DNA of 64,000 nucleotides, from assembly GCF_009834535.1 (NCBI RefSeq), contig NC_045696.1, positions 49,602,001-49,666,000 of the forward strand, read 5' to 3'. Origin of the DNA: Camelus ferus. Taxonomy: Eukaryota. The position numbers and the translations under genes were made by a program. A model generated the notes under the pieces. That model saw nothing but the letters and a program-made list of their open reading frames with translations. It did not search any database and was not told where the DNA came from. Shown piece by piece: positions 1 to 11,523 of the stretch (position 1 is the stretch's first letter; every line of letters begins with the position of its first letter).

Positions 1-221
1 TTTGCTGTATTAGACGCTTTAGTAATTAAGTTTAATTATTTTCCTTAGCAGGGAGTCCAGACTCCTGAGTTCTTGAGAATAGTTAAGCCACAGTCCAAAC
101 CCAGTATTTTATATAAACTTAAAGAAAAGCACAAGATCTGAGCCCAGTTAATGATCACTCTTAAGAAGCCTGCTTATTCTAGCATGACCTTATATACACA
201 TCAGAAAGTTGATCTTTCTGA

Positions 222-308
222 GGGGAGGGTCATAGCTGAGGGGTAGGGCGCAAGCTTAGCATGCATGAGGTCCTAGGTTCAAACCCTGGCACCTCCAACT
301 GAAAAAAG
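222..308 (+). mobile_element. tRNA-derived SINE (camelid vic-1-like), short form
   Basis: GGGGAGGG head, degenerate A box, B box ggttcaaaccc, A tail. Perfect 14-bp TSD agttgatctttctg at 207-220 and 309-322. Confidence 0.9.
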
Positions 309-2471
309 AGTTGATCTTTCTGCTCAAGAAAATGCAGTGCAACAGTCTAGAGTTAAATGCAGTTCTGAGGTGTGTCAGGACCTCCTACTTCTGTCTTTCT
401 GAATCTTACCGTAAGAAAATGCTTCCCACAGAGACATTATTACAGCCCAGCTAGGAAGGTTAGCACAAAACTGAAGGTGGGGAAACAGAGGAGGTTAAGA
501 CTGAGATTAAACTGCTGCTTTTCCTGGGAAGCAAAAGCACTACACAAATCCAGGCCATCTTACAGAGATAGTTCATGCCACAGCTCAAGTGTTTGTAACG
601 TTCTTTATTGGGTGGTTACAGGTGTTTAGTGTTAGGTTCTGGGAAACAGAACGGGCTAATGATCCGGGCACAACCACGAGCCTCCCCTCCCTTGGCTGAG
701 CAAAGAGCCAACCTGTGTGAATCTGCCTTGGTTCTTCCATCCGGACTGTGTTTGACAAACCACAGTTGACTAGCTCCCCAAAATATCAGGTTCCTAATAA
801 TTCGGTTAAATGCCTGTGCTCAGGGAGTGTACGGTCGTGGCCTCTTCCTTGTGTGGCATGTGGGGAGAGACGCTACCTGGGCTCATTTCTCATGTGTGAC
901 TTAGGGTGACAGGCCTTGTCCATCTGTGGCACCTTTAGTGATCGGTCAGATGAGATGAGTAGGGCTGAGAGAAATATCTGACCTAGCGAGGCGGCCCTTC
1001 CCAAATAATCACATGATATCAAAAGGAAATGAGTAGAAATTGATAAAATGTCCAAACTGACGGGAAGTTTATTTTGTACAGAACCTGGCTGTCCACTAAA
1101 TTCCACTACCGTCCCTGCACATCTTGGTCCTCTGCCTCAGTTTGCTTCCTAGTGTCTGCCACCAGGGCTCCGTCACTCACGCATGTTGCCTTGGGACACA
1201 CAGGAGTGAACTGATTGGGTGATAAGTGGTTTAGCTGGAAACTTTACCCTTAATTCCAAATGATACTGAACAGCTCTTTACTGCTCTGAGAGATCCACTA
1301 TCTCTTATCCTCCAGCTTCCCCAGCTTCCTACTAGAAATAGTGCCACTGACGGCATCATATCCCTGAATCGGCCCTAAACCTGAACAGTATAGTACAAAT
1401 GCTGTCAATGATAAATTAGCACAATGTCAGACACTGTAAAAATACTCTGACTCTTCTATCCTGCAGTGGATATAGTGTTCCAGTCTTTGCTCCAGCAAAA
1501 CTTATTCTTAGGGCTTTTCAAACTTGTTTCTAAGCTGCATAGTTTTGATAAAATATCTCCCTTCTCATCACTGGGAACTGAGTCCCACATTCTACTGAGG
1601 CCCCATCAGTGTCTAGAGGCATTTTCTGTCTATTTCCCTCTCTTCTTCTTCCTAGGATACCCCTTCCTCCTCGTGTCTCCTGGCCATCCTCTGACATCTG
1701 CTGATTACTGTTAACCACAGGATGCTGACAAAACTTAACAGTAAAAAAGCACATACAGTCAATGATGTGCGGGTACACTCTTATCACAGTGGTTTTTATA
1801 TCTCATTCCCCTCGAATGCATCATCCTGCACCCCCACTCCCACCCCCACCCCCGTCACTAGAACTATACTTGATTGGAGCCCAGAACTGGGGGGCCAGTA
1901 CTTCATTCACAAGCTCTGAGCCCAATGAGAAGCACAGCACTTTGAAAAGTCAAGTAGGCCTTCAGTAGCTTTGTACATTTGCAGTGTTACATCTGTTACT
2001 AGTTTGTAGCACTAATAACACTTCAGTCATAAATCTATATTATCAATAAGATAAATCTTAGAACGTGTTCTACAAACAGTGGTACCTTGCTGCTATTATA
2101 CTTACTATAATATTGGTAAGTATTACATACAGATTGTGTATGCATTGCTTGTTTGTGTGTATGCCAACCGTAATACTTAAGCTCACTGATCAGCAACTAG
2201 AAAATACAGAGATCGTCATAGTGAAAACAGGTCTTGGTCAATTCAGATGATAATGTGAATCTGGTAAATGCTCCATTAGATATTATATTTTGTCCTCTAT
2301 GCTTGTTTTATATGAAAATGCATGCTGTTTGCTAAGTAAAAAACAATAATTATACCAGTTTTAAGATTAGAATGAAATTTTTGCATGTGGTATTTGACAC
2401 TCGGAACTGTATTTTGTGGTGTAATTATCTTATTCATATGCATTTCACATGGCTTTTTTTTTTTCTCGTAG

Positions 2472-2680
2472 GAAATAATTGTTCAAATATCTCTTCTTCT
2501 TTCTTGTAACCTGGATGTAACTGCTTAATTAAAGCTACAACATTGTAAAGCCAGATTACCTCATTTTAACTGTGAAAAAAGCTCAGTAGATATGATGACA
2601 TGATGTCTTTTCTTGTATTGGATTTGAACTACCTAAATAGGCTTAAACCTAATAATAAATATAAGACCTTGGCAGGTGCT
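2472..2680 (+). other. Candidate terminal exon of an unidentified upstream gene
   Basis: Long polypyrimidine tract plus TAG acceptor (2454-2471), early stops in all frames, AATAAA 2654-2659, then GT/T-rich sequence. Confidence 0.4.
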
Positions 2681-3689
2681 TTTCCTTTGTATGCACATTT
2701 TATTATTGGCCCACTTCTAATGTGATTTTTAAAACTTACAGACTCTTCATCAGTCAGATACCTAATAGGATACTGGGCGAAGGCCCCTCAGCCATGGCTG
2801 GCACACACCGGAGCTGGCCACACACGCCTGCAGTTCCCAGCATGGGCCGTGCATGAAATAAATGTGCACGCAGTCTTGTCCGCCATGCTTTTCCAAGCTT
2901 CATCCTCAGCACTTGGGCTGTTTCCGCTGAACTTAGGCTCAGTCCTGCTGACACATGTGTTCTTATCTGACCACCACCCCGGCCCGCGTCACTCTGAGAG
3001 GTTGCCAATACCCAGAAATAGAACAATTGCAGAGATTATGTGTTTGTGCGTACCAAGAATAGATAAAAGCAGGCCTACGACAGTTTCTGTTGGCAACTGC
3101 AATGAAGATTCCAATATTTTCCTCATTCTTAATTCTTTTTAATAGTGTATCTGAGGCCACCTAGTTTTGGTGAATTTCTCTTTTTGCCCTACCGCCCACA
3201 AGAAAAATGAGTTGAGATGAAAGCCTATTTATGAATTTAAGAGAGATCAAATTAAATCGAAGTAATTATTCATTTCATATAGTCGAATATTAGAACAGGT
3301 AATTAGGGATAATTGTATTTCTATTCAAGTTATCATAGCAATTGAACATAGTCATAGTCAGAACTTTCTGCCTGTCTTTAGTTACTGTTTAGTAAGTCTA
3401 CCATACTGTCCTCTGGTTGGCTTTGATAAGCACCATTTCCAGTCAATCCTATTTGGTTTTAATTTTTTAAAAAATGACATGATGTGGACAGGGCTGGGTC
3501 CAAACATTAAGCGAAACAGACATGACCTGCACAGTGAAACTGCAATGATTCTGCTGCCCTGAATCACTTTCTGAACATCCGCTTGGGTTGAGACACTGCC
3601 CTTACGACCATGGAGCTGTTACATTATATATGAAATCTTTACTATCTAACCGCAATTTGTCATATTACATCTGTGTTATAAACATTCTA

Positions 3690-3925
3690 TTTAGCATAGA
3701 AAGTTAGAACAGGTGTCACAGAGAGGCACAGACCTGGGTTTCTAACCCGACTCAATCACGCCCTGGCTATGTGATCTTAGGCAAACTAACATCTCTAAAT
3801 ATATAGGGTATAGGACTAAAAATACCTACTGTGGGGTTACTGAGAAGTCTAACTAAGAAAATGTATGGAGAGCATCTCAGCACAGAGTCCGGCACATAGT
3901 AAATAATACTCAAGAATTACTATCA
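3690..3925 (+). mobile_element. MIR SINE
   Basis: cagacctgggttt, gctatgtgatcttaggcaa, cagcacagagtccggcacatagtaa. Confidence 0.75.
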
Positions 3926-4281
3926 GTCTTAATACTAGGGTGGGGACTTTGCACCCACTCCCTCCAAAGAGCACCCAGCACAGTCTCTTCTACATGGTTG
4001 ACTGCTAACCATTGTGTCCACTGGTAAATGATTTAACAGGAACTAATTAATGAGAGATAAAGCAGGTACATTCAGACAGTGAAAGAGAAAGTCACACAAT
4101 CACAGAGAAATACACATTGCTCAGGGGTTGGGATTCCCACCACTGGTGGCCTGCAGGATGGCGTGAGGTGGAAGGTGGCCATCCTCATAGCGTTTATATC
4201 ATTCATCACTTAACCGTTCCGATCAGTTGAGGGGGGAGTCTCAGCTTAGTGATGAAATCTCTTTTACCCTTCTTTCTTCAG

Positions 4282-4435
4282 GAAAAACAAAAATGGCAAC
4301 AATATCTAACATTAAATATCATTTTGTTGTATTGTATTTAGTTTGTGGCTACCTTCTCTCTGTAACAACTAATAAGAGTTTTTCAATAACCATATACAGT
4401 TTCCTTTCGAAATAAATTTCAGTTTTTTTTTTAAA
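4282..4435 (+). other. Candidate alternative terminal exon
   Basis: Acceptor tctcttttacccttctttcttcag (ends 4281), AATAAA 4411-4416 and a following T tract. Confidence 0.3.
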
Positions 4436-5382
4436 GAGTCTGCTGTGAAGAAGCTGTGGGAACGACCTAAGTTTATGATCCTCTCCAGACTGAAAAAAGA
4501 CCTTGCAGTTGATGCTGGCGCACTTCTGCCGAGAACTGAGTTTGACCGGGCTCTTTCTGAACATCTTGACTAAACAAATAAATCTATAAGCTGCTATTCG
4601 AGATAGGAAATCACTTCTTTTTTTCATAAAGGAAAATGTTTTCCTGTTTCCTGCGGAAGTCCGCGCTCAGACCATCCTCTGCCCATGTTGTCTTGGGCAG
4701 CAGTTTAAACTAGGGGGAGAGGAGTGCGGGAGTCCCACCCCCACCGACGGGCAATGCGGATAGCTTGGAAGGGGATTCCTCTTCTGTGACTCCCTGAGGT
4801 TGGGATGGGCCTGGATGGTCTGGATTTTTGTTGCGGCTTGTTTTTTTTGTTTTTTGGTTTTTTTTTTCCTCTCAAAGGAATTCTTCTTGATCAGCAGTAT
4901 GTTCTTTGTTTACCTCTCTGCAAATCTGCTCACTCTGACTAAAGGAGTGTTATTATTTTTAAGACTTGAAAACCTTTCATTCACAGAGACAGTGGAGGAT
5001 TGCAGAGGAGGAATGGTGGCCAGAGCCCATGTGCCTCAAACCTCACCCAGGATGGCCTGGACAAGCGCCAGTAAAACAGAAGTGCTGGTCAGACCAGCGT
5101 GTTTGCACAGCTGGGCAGTGTTTGGGGATAGCACGGGTGGGGAAGGGGACGCAGAGGTGTCAGCCTCTGTCCGGTAGCATCAGGTGATTGAGAGAAGTCT
5201 TTGGCAAGCAGACAGCTTTCATCTAAGGGGACTGGTGTCTAAAGAACAGGATTTGTCCTGTGGAGAAGGGCCCTGAGAAGCAGAGCTCTTGCTGCAAAAG
5301 GAGGCCACCGAAAACTGTCCTTTGCTTAACCTGAGAACTTCTCTGCTTTTTGGCCTAAAGACTTTCCTGTCTTGATCTCCAG

Positions 5383-5650
5383 TAGGTGGTTTCTCAATCA
5401 GGGCCCAAAGAGTCTTATTTCTAGGCTTCTGTGAAGTATAAGACTAGATTGTCTTTTACAAAAGCATCCCCTACTAGCAACTTCGCGGGTGCAGGACTAA
5501 CTTGCCGCACGTCAGTGGGGGCAGAGGACCACTTTTGCGGAGCCAGAGCTCCCTGTAACAACACACAAAATTTTAGATGTATGTGCACTTTCTCCTGGTA
5601 GAGGACCCACACCTTTCATCAAGGAATCTATGATCCAAAACATATACCAT
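5383..5650. mobile_element. MER103C-like hAT remnant
   Basis: ggtggtttctcaa start and tttctcctggtagaggacccacacctttcatca...tgatccaaaa. Confidence 0.4.
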
Positions 5651-6237
5651 CACCTTTGGAGTGCCTGTGAGAACGAATTATCATTTAAATATGGTTAAGT
5701 GAGCAAAGATGGCCAATTGAGGCTAGCACTAGAAAGCCTTGGTCCTTCCTTTTACCAAAGACAAACTAAATTAAGACTCAGGCATTTGTTCACTATAGGT
5801 CCTCTCTCCTCTCTTTCAAGATGTAAGATTAGATAAACCAAGATAAAAAGGAACAGACTAAGCCAAGTTCAAAGGATCCTAAAGGATAGTTAGATGAGCT
5901 CTAGCAAGAGAGGGTGGTAGGAAAGCCACAAAATACATGCACACCAACAGACACGGAGGGGTGGCTCGGCACCACACACAGATCTGAGCAACATTTCAGA
6001 GGCAGATGACTATGTTGGCGCTTCTCAGAGAAAGGCAACCGAGGGAGTGAAGGTCCAGAAGAGGTGTCAGATGAGAGAGTGGGAATGTTTGATTTAGAAC
6101 AGATGGAGAAAAAGGTGACAAGGATATTTATGGCTGAGGTTTTAGTCTTATGACTTTAGATGTGGCAGGAACCAAAGAACATTTGTCCCAGTGCTTTGTT
6201 ACAGGAGAGAAAGCTGAAAACCAGAGAGAACACAGAA

Positions 6238-6566
6238 GCGCTGTGTTCCTTCTGGAGGCCCTAGAGGAGAATCCATTTCTTTGCCTTTGAAGCTTCTAGA
6301 ACCAACTTCCTTCATCCTCAAAGCCATCAGTGTAGCATCTTCAACCTCCCTCTGTCTCTGGTTCTATTTTCACATCTTTGATTCTAACCTCTTGTGAGGA
6401 CCCTCGTGATACATTGGTCCCATCTGGATAATCCAGGATAATTTCTCATCTCAGAATCATTGACTTGATCATATCTGCTAAGTTCCATTTACCATGTAAG
6501 GTGGCATATTCACAGGCTCTGAGGATTAGGACATGGGGATCTCTGGAGGCTCTTTTTCAGCCTACT
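6238..6566 (-). mobile_element. MaLR LTR (MLT1D-like), partial
   Basis: Diagnostic segments ctggataatccaggataat and ttaccatgtaaggtggcatattcacaggctctgaggattaggacatgg. Confidence 0.8.
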
Positions 6567-6599
6567 TAGAGTGTGTATCCTGAAAGGAGCACTGACACT

Positions 6600-6795
6600 G
6601 GTACTGGTTTTAGAGCATGTCTGAGTTCAAATCCTGGCTTCAGTGCCCTCTCATTGCCTGAGCATTACACCTTTGAGCCTCTATCCCCTCATCCATAAAA
6701 AAGAATAAAATCTCAAGGTTACTATTATGAGGATTTGTGGTAATATATATAAAATGCTCAACAGATAGTACATACTCAGTAAACGGCAGCCATAT
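6600..6795 (+). mobile_element. MIR SINE
   Basis: gagttcaaatcctggct, ctttgagcctct, gtacatactcagtaaa. Confidence 0.65.
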
Positions 6796-7089
6796 TTGTT
6801 CCAGGAACTTCCAAATGATTCTCACCAGACAGGAATTCAGTAGGAGACCTTCCACTATTAAATTCCATGAGATTTGATAAAGTCACCTCCAAATTCCCTT
6901 CTGAGGTCACTGAAATAAAAAGAAATTAAATAAAAGGGATTTCCTCCGAGATGTAATTGTCTTATCTATTTCACAGATTTGTTTGCAAGGTAATTGCTTT
7001 TCTGGATAGTCAATAGCTAGCAGACCCCGCTTTTTGCTCCCTGTGGTAGTTACTGCTATCTGATTTTGTCACTTAGCTCTCTGCTTGCA

Positions 7090-7429
7090 TTTGAGCAGGA
7101 CTAAGAGCCCGACCTGGTGTGTAATGATTGGCCAGATCAGGCAGCCGAGACCAGCCTGGGCTCCCGCCTTCACATCTGTCAACATACCTGGCTGCAAGCA
7201 AACTGCTGCCTGTGACCACTGTCTGCAGGGGCCAGGGAGACCGAGAAAGGACACGGAAAGGAACGTGTCGATTTCATGCTTGGGGAAAAGGTAGAAGCCT
7301 GTGCTGATGCTTCTTCCGAACAGCCCAAAAATCTTCAGCAAGGATTGGAACAGTCGTGAGCCAACCCTATTGAATCCAGAAGAAAGCTGAGAGAAGAGTC
7401 CAGATTGAAAAATAACGTTCAAGGTAGGT
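7090..7429 (+). promoter_or_regulatory. Candidate promoter and non-coding first exon
   Basis: ATTGG 7127-7131, GC box 7163-7168, E-box/TGTCA 7173-7181, locally raised CpG, donor AAG|GTAGGT at 7423/7424. Confidence 0.35.
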
Positions 7430-10392
7430 GATGGGTCTGGTCATGGACCCTCCTCTCAAACTCACAAAACAAGCACTCAGCCCATCACCTTTAGCCAGAT
7501 GATGGTCTGCTGAAGGAGGTGTGGTGGATGTGGGCATGTGTTGGGCAAATCCAATCATTCGTTCTCCAGTGTTCTGGAAAGCCTGCTGTATTTCGTTTCC
7601 ATCTCCTCTTTCCTTTGAAAATTGTTGTTCGTCTACGTATTTCAAGAGGTTTTTTTAATCTTTTATTATAAAAAAATCGTATTTATGATTTATTGAAATT
7701 CTTCATGGCTCTGTAAACTTGGCTTTGTTCCTGAATTTTGCTTGCATGAATTCTTTTCACTTTCAAGATATACCAGCAAGGACAGTATGCATCTAATTCT
7801 GAGGAACACACTCTCCATGCAGAAAGCTGTCAACCTCAAATGACAGGATGTCCCAGGGAGCCACATGCATTTTTCTTTAGAATTTAGGGAGTTAAAAGTC
7901 TTGAAATTGCTGGAGCAGAATCAAGCCTATTTACCTAAGCTTATCACCCCAGGCAGCCGGTCAATCATTTACTGATGCAAGTCTGTTTCCTACCTTTGAT
8001 GGACGACCACTAAAGCCCTTGCCTGACTGAGTCTCTTCAAAGAATAGATACAAGACAATGCAAAAGATACCCTTCTGTGAAGGTATAGCCCACGTTCTCT
8101 CCAGACCAGAGTGCATTTTTATCCTGCCCAGAGGAGCCGAGGTTCTTCCCAGCTTGATAATAAACAAATGTGAACAAGACTTACACACACTGGGCACCTG
8201 GTACCACCTCAGGCATAAGAGATTGTGGCTTTGGAGAAGCTGCCCCAACTGCTGGAGATCTATAGGGAAGGAACAGACTAACTCTAGAACAAGGTATCAA
8301 GTGATCACTGAGGGGGAATGAGGTTATTACACAGTTATCAGAAAACGTGGAATTTCCCCCTCTATGCACTTGGAAATTTTATTTTTAGTGAACATGACCC
8401 ATTCTCCTTTAGGTCTGAATATAACTCCTCTAGAAACATTGTCATATTGTCACCACATAGGCTTGTCAGGTCTTTGCAATGATTCCTGGTTCTTACAATT
8501 ATTGAAAAACCTGTTGTTAGGAAGGCCCTATTTTTCTGAACTCCCTTTCAGGATGGGGCTGGGCCATGTGTTAGACACGGTAATGTTCCACACTATTTTT
8601 GTCAATCATCTATGGAACTGAAGTGACACCCCTCTGGTGAGGTTTGTGGCCAGAAGTTTTGTTTTGTTTTGTTTTATTTTAAGTGGCTCCGTCAGTTAAC
8701 AAGATACAGGAGTTGAGGCCATTGAGAGTGCGGCCCAGGAACATACCCCATGGGTGATTTTGGATGAATCTGGGGCTAGCTCCCAGGAATGTGGTGAAGA
8801 ATTATGAGAAATGATAGGTTTCTATGGCGGAATTAAGCTCTGTAAAATGTGAAGTGTGCATCTGGCCAATTTCCAGAGAATCTTTGGAGATAATGCAAGT
8901 GATGGAGGTGGTTTTGAGGAGGGGGAAAGGTGTCAGAGCATTCAAATGCGTCGGCCAGATTTACCCACAGCACTGCAGGCTGGCCTCGGGGCGTTCATTC
9001 AGGACTTACCTATCCTTTCCCTGTGGCATCTGGTGGTCCCCAAAAGTGTACCCAGCTTCTCTTCCCATTTCATGCCTTTTGGATATTAGGTGGGGGATGA
9101 TGAGTCTTGAGGTTGACTAGACTTGACAGACATTATTATTCCTTTTACATGCCAGGAAGTTAGAACTCAAGTTAATTAATTTGCCCAAGTTCATTCAGTC
9201 AGAGGCTGAGCCAGGATTCTATCCACCTCTGCCTTATCTCCCACCCGCGGCTTTTCCCCAGTGGTCATGGAATGAGGCACATACAGGAGCTTAACTTGGG
9301 AGTCGGGGGGTCACTGAGAAAAGCAAAGCTGACTAACAAATCAGAGGTTCTTCACTGGCCCTTGGATGTGCCATGCCCTAGGCCAGTTGGGTTCCATATA
9401 ACCAAAAGGCCAATGTTGACTAGACTGGACCTTCTTTGAGGGGAGGTAAGGGAAGGAACGGGTGAGGAACAAAGTGTTCCCAATCCTAGGGGTGGCAGTC
9501 ACTGGAGTCTTCCCAGTCCTGAATATTTCCTAAGGAAACCCAGGCAATTCTCAGGCTAGATCTCTGCCCCTTTCTATTCCAGAGGCTCAAATTCATGAGT
9601 CCCACTCAAGCACAACATCTAGGTACTTCCAAGGGAATAAATGACACCATCTTAATCTTTCTCTGGGAACTCAAGAATTTAATTACTAGCTTATCTCACT
9701 TCAGCTAATATCCACTCATCTAAATCCAAGGGATATGGACAGAAAGAGGCTATCACTATTTTTTAGATACATCCTAAAAATTCCATTAGCTGTCTGGCAG
9801 GCATTCCAAAGCAGCCACCATCCTGAACATTTACAAGATCAAGATAAAGACATGCCACCACGAAATGCGTTTGGCTAAACATCTTTGAACAAAGAGTTTC
9901 TTCTTGTCACTGACCCGCCCCATACATACCTCAGAGTGTGATAGCAAAGGCATTACAGACAGGGGTTGCGTCACCGCGTGCACTGACTACCCTTTCCTAA
10001 TACAGCTGGCCTCGCATGAACTCTGCTCACATGCCATCATTTTTGTTCACTAAAACATTAGGATAAAGAGAAAAGTAGAAGCTGAAATATAAGGATGAAA
10101 AACAACATTTCACCTCTATCCAGTGCTTCTTAGGACCAGGAATTAAACTATTGCCTTTTTATCTGCATTTTTTTTTCACTTAATACCTAAAACAAATGTA
10201 TACTGCTACTTTCTCAGGCCACAGAGCTAGTGAGATGGGGTGAAATTTGAGGTGGAGTCTGTCTGACTCCAAAGCCCATGTTCTCTGCTCCTCAGTTCTA
10301 GGAAAAATACTTGCCCAGCAGTATCTACACTATTTGTATTTTAATTGTAAAAGACTAAGGAATCCTTTGTAAATTATTTAAAGTAACTACAA

Positions 10393-10437
<45 letters not shown>

Positions 10438-10453
10438 TACACACACACACACA
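10393..10453. repeat. (CA)n microsatellite, interrupted
   Basis: Read directly from the sequence. Confidence 0.97.
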
Positions 10454-11165
10454 ATTGCCACAGGTTAGCATATTTATCCCATTCTGAAACTGTGAGAGAA
10501 AATTGTTTTCTTCTGATTCACAAACATTGTCTAGTTTGTTTGTTTGATTTGAATGTAATATAGAAACAAATTTTTCATTTATTATACCAGGATTTTTTTT
10601 TGGAAGTTTATTTCTATAGTCAAACTTTCTGTCTTTGAGAAAGCTAAGTATGTTAAAACTTTCCAGTCTGGTTTTATTTAATCTACATTAAGAGCCTTGT
10701 AGGAGGAGTGTCATTTTCCGATGGTATCTTTTGAGATAAGGAACCTGACCCTCTTTCACGGTGAGCACCCTTCTCAGTATCACTCAGCCAGCAAGCCCCA
10801 CAGGGCTTTGGACTCCAGAGTCTTTGCGGTTTTTTTTTCCTAATACACCAACAGTTCCCTGGATTCCTAAGGCTTACAAATGGTAGGGATGGGACACACA
10901 AGCTATTTTCAGAAATTAAAAATGCCGAATGACTACACAGCCTGATCTCGGGCCACAGAGACCCACTCAGATATTGACTGCTTTGGGCTGGGATTTCTAT
11001 CAGGTCCGTGCGGTAATGTTGCTATTCTAATTAGATGTTCATTAAGGAATGGAAGTGAAGGCACTAATTGTTACTTAATAAAATCTGCCTTAAAGGTAAA
11101 AAGCCTTTCAAACTCATGTGCCCATGAGCAAAGTAAAAATCTCCAAGAAACCAGTGGTAAGAAAC

Positions 11166-11523
11166 TGTTACTGGGAAAAGGGAAATAGGAATTACCTCAG
11201 TTCTTAGTCACTCGAAAAAGAAAAATTTTTTTGATGAGAGACGAAAAGCGTGAGATAAGCAAGATTTTTATTAGTGAAGGAAAAACTAGTGACAGAGAGT
11301 CCACTCCCGAGAACTGGGAGCGGGCCAGGCCAAAGGGGGAAATGGCGCCATTCCTCTGTTTTTCCTGTTTTTATACCCTGGTTTCATGATTGATTGATTG
11401 ATTGACAACCCAGGTTCCCTGTGCTCTGGTTGATTGACAGCTCAGGTTCCTTGTGTTCTGGGTTGTTCCTTTCCCCTTCCTCTCCCCCTGCCCAGTGCTC
11501 ATTTCTACCTAAACTGCCTAACA
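11166..11523 (-). mobile_element. Solo ERV LTR (probably ERV1 class)
   Basis: TGTTA...TAACA inverted termini, 4-bp near-TSD aaac/aatc. On the minus strand: U3 tandem repeats, TATAAAAA (~11368-11375), then AATAAA (~11267-11272). Confidence 0.75.

Noticed and set aside
2588..2680. Box C-like ATGATGA suggesting a C/D snoRNA
   Set aside because: No suitably placed box D (CTGA) or terminal stem.
4800..5177. 125-aa ORF with a hydrophobic N-terminus
   Set aside because: The hydrophobicity comes from a T-rich low-complexity tract, and the start is non-ATG.
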